A stretch of DNA of 64,000 nucleotides from contig JBEKPS010000004.1 in NCBI GenBank assembly GCA_049520515.1, positions 57,395 through 121,394 on the forward strand. Direction: 5' to 3'. Origin of the DNA: Vulcanimicrobiaceae bacterium. Its GTDB lineage: Bacteria; Vulcanimicrobiota; Vulcanimicrobiia; Vulcanimicrobiales; Vulcanimicrobiaceae. The translations under genes and the position numbers were made by a program. Shown piece after piece: positions 62,981 to 64,000 of this stretch. Position 1 is the first letter of the stretch. Every line of letters begins with the position of its first letter. The notes beneath the pieces are model-generated. The model worked only from the letters and a program-made list of their open reading frames with translations. It was not told where the DNA came from and did no database searches.

Positions 62981-64000
62981 CACAATTCGAGCTCACCGAC
63001 GACCAGCGTGCGATCCAGCAGCTGGCCGCAGAGTTTGCAAAGCGTGAGATCGCGCCGCACATTGCGGAATGGGATCGCTCGCAGACCTTTCCGCGCGCGC
63101 TGTTTACGAAAATGACGGAAGCCGGGCTGATGGGCATCATCATTCCGGAAGAATACGGCGGCGTCGGTGCGGACTACGTGAGCTATGCGTTGGCCGTCGA
63201 GCAGATCGCGAAGGTCGACGCCGGTTCAGCCGTGACGCTTTCCGTGCACGCGATGATTTGTTCGGCGATTCTTCGCCTCGGCACGGATGCACAGAAGAAG
63301 AAATATTTACCGATGCTCGCGAGCGGCGATGCAATCGCCGCGTTTGCGCTCACCGAGCCTGAGGCCGGCTCCGATGCCGCGGCGTTGCGCGCGACTGCGC
63401 GGCGCGAGGGCGACAGTTTCGTTTTGAACGGCCGCAAGCAGTGGTGCTCGAACGGCGGCGAGTCCGCCGTCATCATGGGCATGTTTCGCACCGGCGGCGC
63501 AGGCGTGCGCGGCATCTCGGCCTTTTTGATCGATCATCCCTCGAAGGGAATGGTGATCGAGAACCTCTCGAACAAGCTCGGCATTCACACCAGCAACACA
63601 TGCGACATCGCCTTCGACGACGTGCACGTTCCCGCGAGTGCGCTACTCGCCGCCGAAGGCGAAGGCTTACGCAGCGCGCTAAGCACGTTGACGTCGGGAC
63701 GCATCGGGATCGCGTCGCAAGCCTGCGGCATTCTCGGCGCATGTCTCGACGCATCGATTCAGTTTGCGAAAGATCGTGAGGCTTTCGGCAAACCGATCGC
63801 AGCGTTCGAAGCGATCTCGTTCAAGATCGCGCGCATGGCTGCGGATCTCAACGCTGCACAGCTGTCCACATATCGCGCGGCCGCGCTATGCGATGCGGGC
63901 AAACCCTTCGCGGTCGAAGCCAGTATGGCGAAACTCTTCGCCTCGACGAAAGCGCGCGAACATGCATCCGAAGCCGTGCAAATACACGGCGGCTACGGAT
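62977..64000 (+). CDS. Acyl-CoA (butyryl-CoA-type) dehydrogenase, 3' end outside the window, start codon unclear
   Basis: Not in the ORF track. Manual translation gives ..AQFELTDDQRAIQQLAAEFAKREIAPHIAEWDRSQTFP..GGVGADYVSYALAVEQIAK..FALTEPEAGSDAA..WCSNGG..GRIGIASQACG..REAFGKPI..QIHGGYG. There is no ATG/GTG/TTG between the in-frame stop at 62962-62964 and the conserved N-terminus. ATA62977 is listed only as a placeholder start. Confidence 0.85.
   Translation, partial: MAQFELTDDQRAIQQLAAEFAKREIAPHIAEWDRSQTFPRALFTKMTEAGLMGIIIPEEYGGVGADYVSYALAVEQIAKVDAGSAVTLSVHAMICSAILRLGTDAQKKKYLPMLASGDAIAAFALTEPEAGSDAAALRATARREGDSFVLNGRKQWCSNGGESAVIMGMFRTGGAGVRGISAFLIDHPSKGMVIENLSNKLGIHTSNTCDIAFDDVHVPASALLAAEGEGLRSALSTLTSGRIGIASQACGILGACLDASIQFAKDREAFGKPIAAFEAISFKIARMAADLNAAQLSTYRAAALCDAGKPFAVEASMAKLFASTKAREHASEAVQIHGGYG

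Overview
High-GC bacterial chromosomal segment (about 60-65% GC in hand counts on sample lines), very tightly packed. I call about 57 protein genes. I recognised no rRNA, tRNA, CRISPR array, transposase or integrase. An LptD/OstA-like gene and hldD (ADP-heptose epimerase) suggest a diderm, LPS-type envelope; I cannot assign a phylum.

Layout:
- 0-5.4 kb: PrsA-like lipoprotein, an extremely Gly-rich lipoprotein, and mfd.
- 5.4-18.4 kb: nucleotide-sugar genes (hldD, a GDP-mannose 3,5-epimerase-like gene, a sugar dehydrogenase); a polyprenyl-phosphate glycosylation mini-locus (GT87-like GT-C, O-antigen-ligase-like, GtrB-like GT2) bracketed by two paralogous small secreted proteins; deoA and deoB; and an LptD-like gene.
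- 18.5-48.1 kb: a ~30 kb glycan-assembly island of lower GC. It holds a priming sugar transferase, two MOP flippases, rmlD, UXS, ugd, five GT2/GT4 genes, a B12-binding radical SAM enzyme, four class I methyltransferases, three tandem giant AftD/YfhO-like GT-C paralogues, a fourth PMT/ArnT-like GT-C, a TPR protein and a Uma2 nuclease.
- 48.2-51 kb: an ECF sigma / anti-sigma envelope module.
- 51-54.4 kb: lysine 5,6-aminomutase genes kamD and kamE, split by a low-GC fic gene.
- 54.4-64 kb: dacB, a decayed SIS-domain gene, PilZ-gmd-rmd-ICMT-CDF, and thiolase-hbd-acyl-CoA dehydrogenase. A ~237-nt long-hairpin element sits between thiolase and hbd.

Best candidates for something undescribed: (1) the methyltransferase-interleaved array of giant GT-C enzymes with the radical SAM enzyme; (2) the fic insertion, which appears translationally coupled to kamE.

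All functional calls come from reading the translated ORFs by eye against remembered family motifs. No searches were run.
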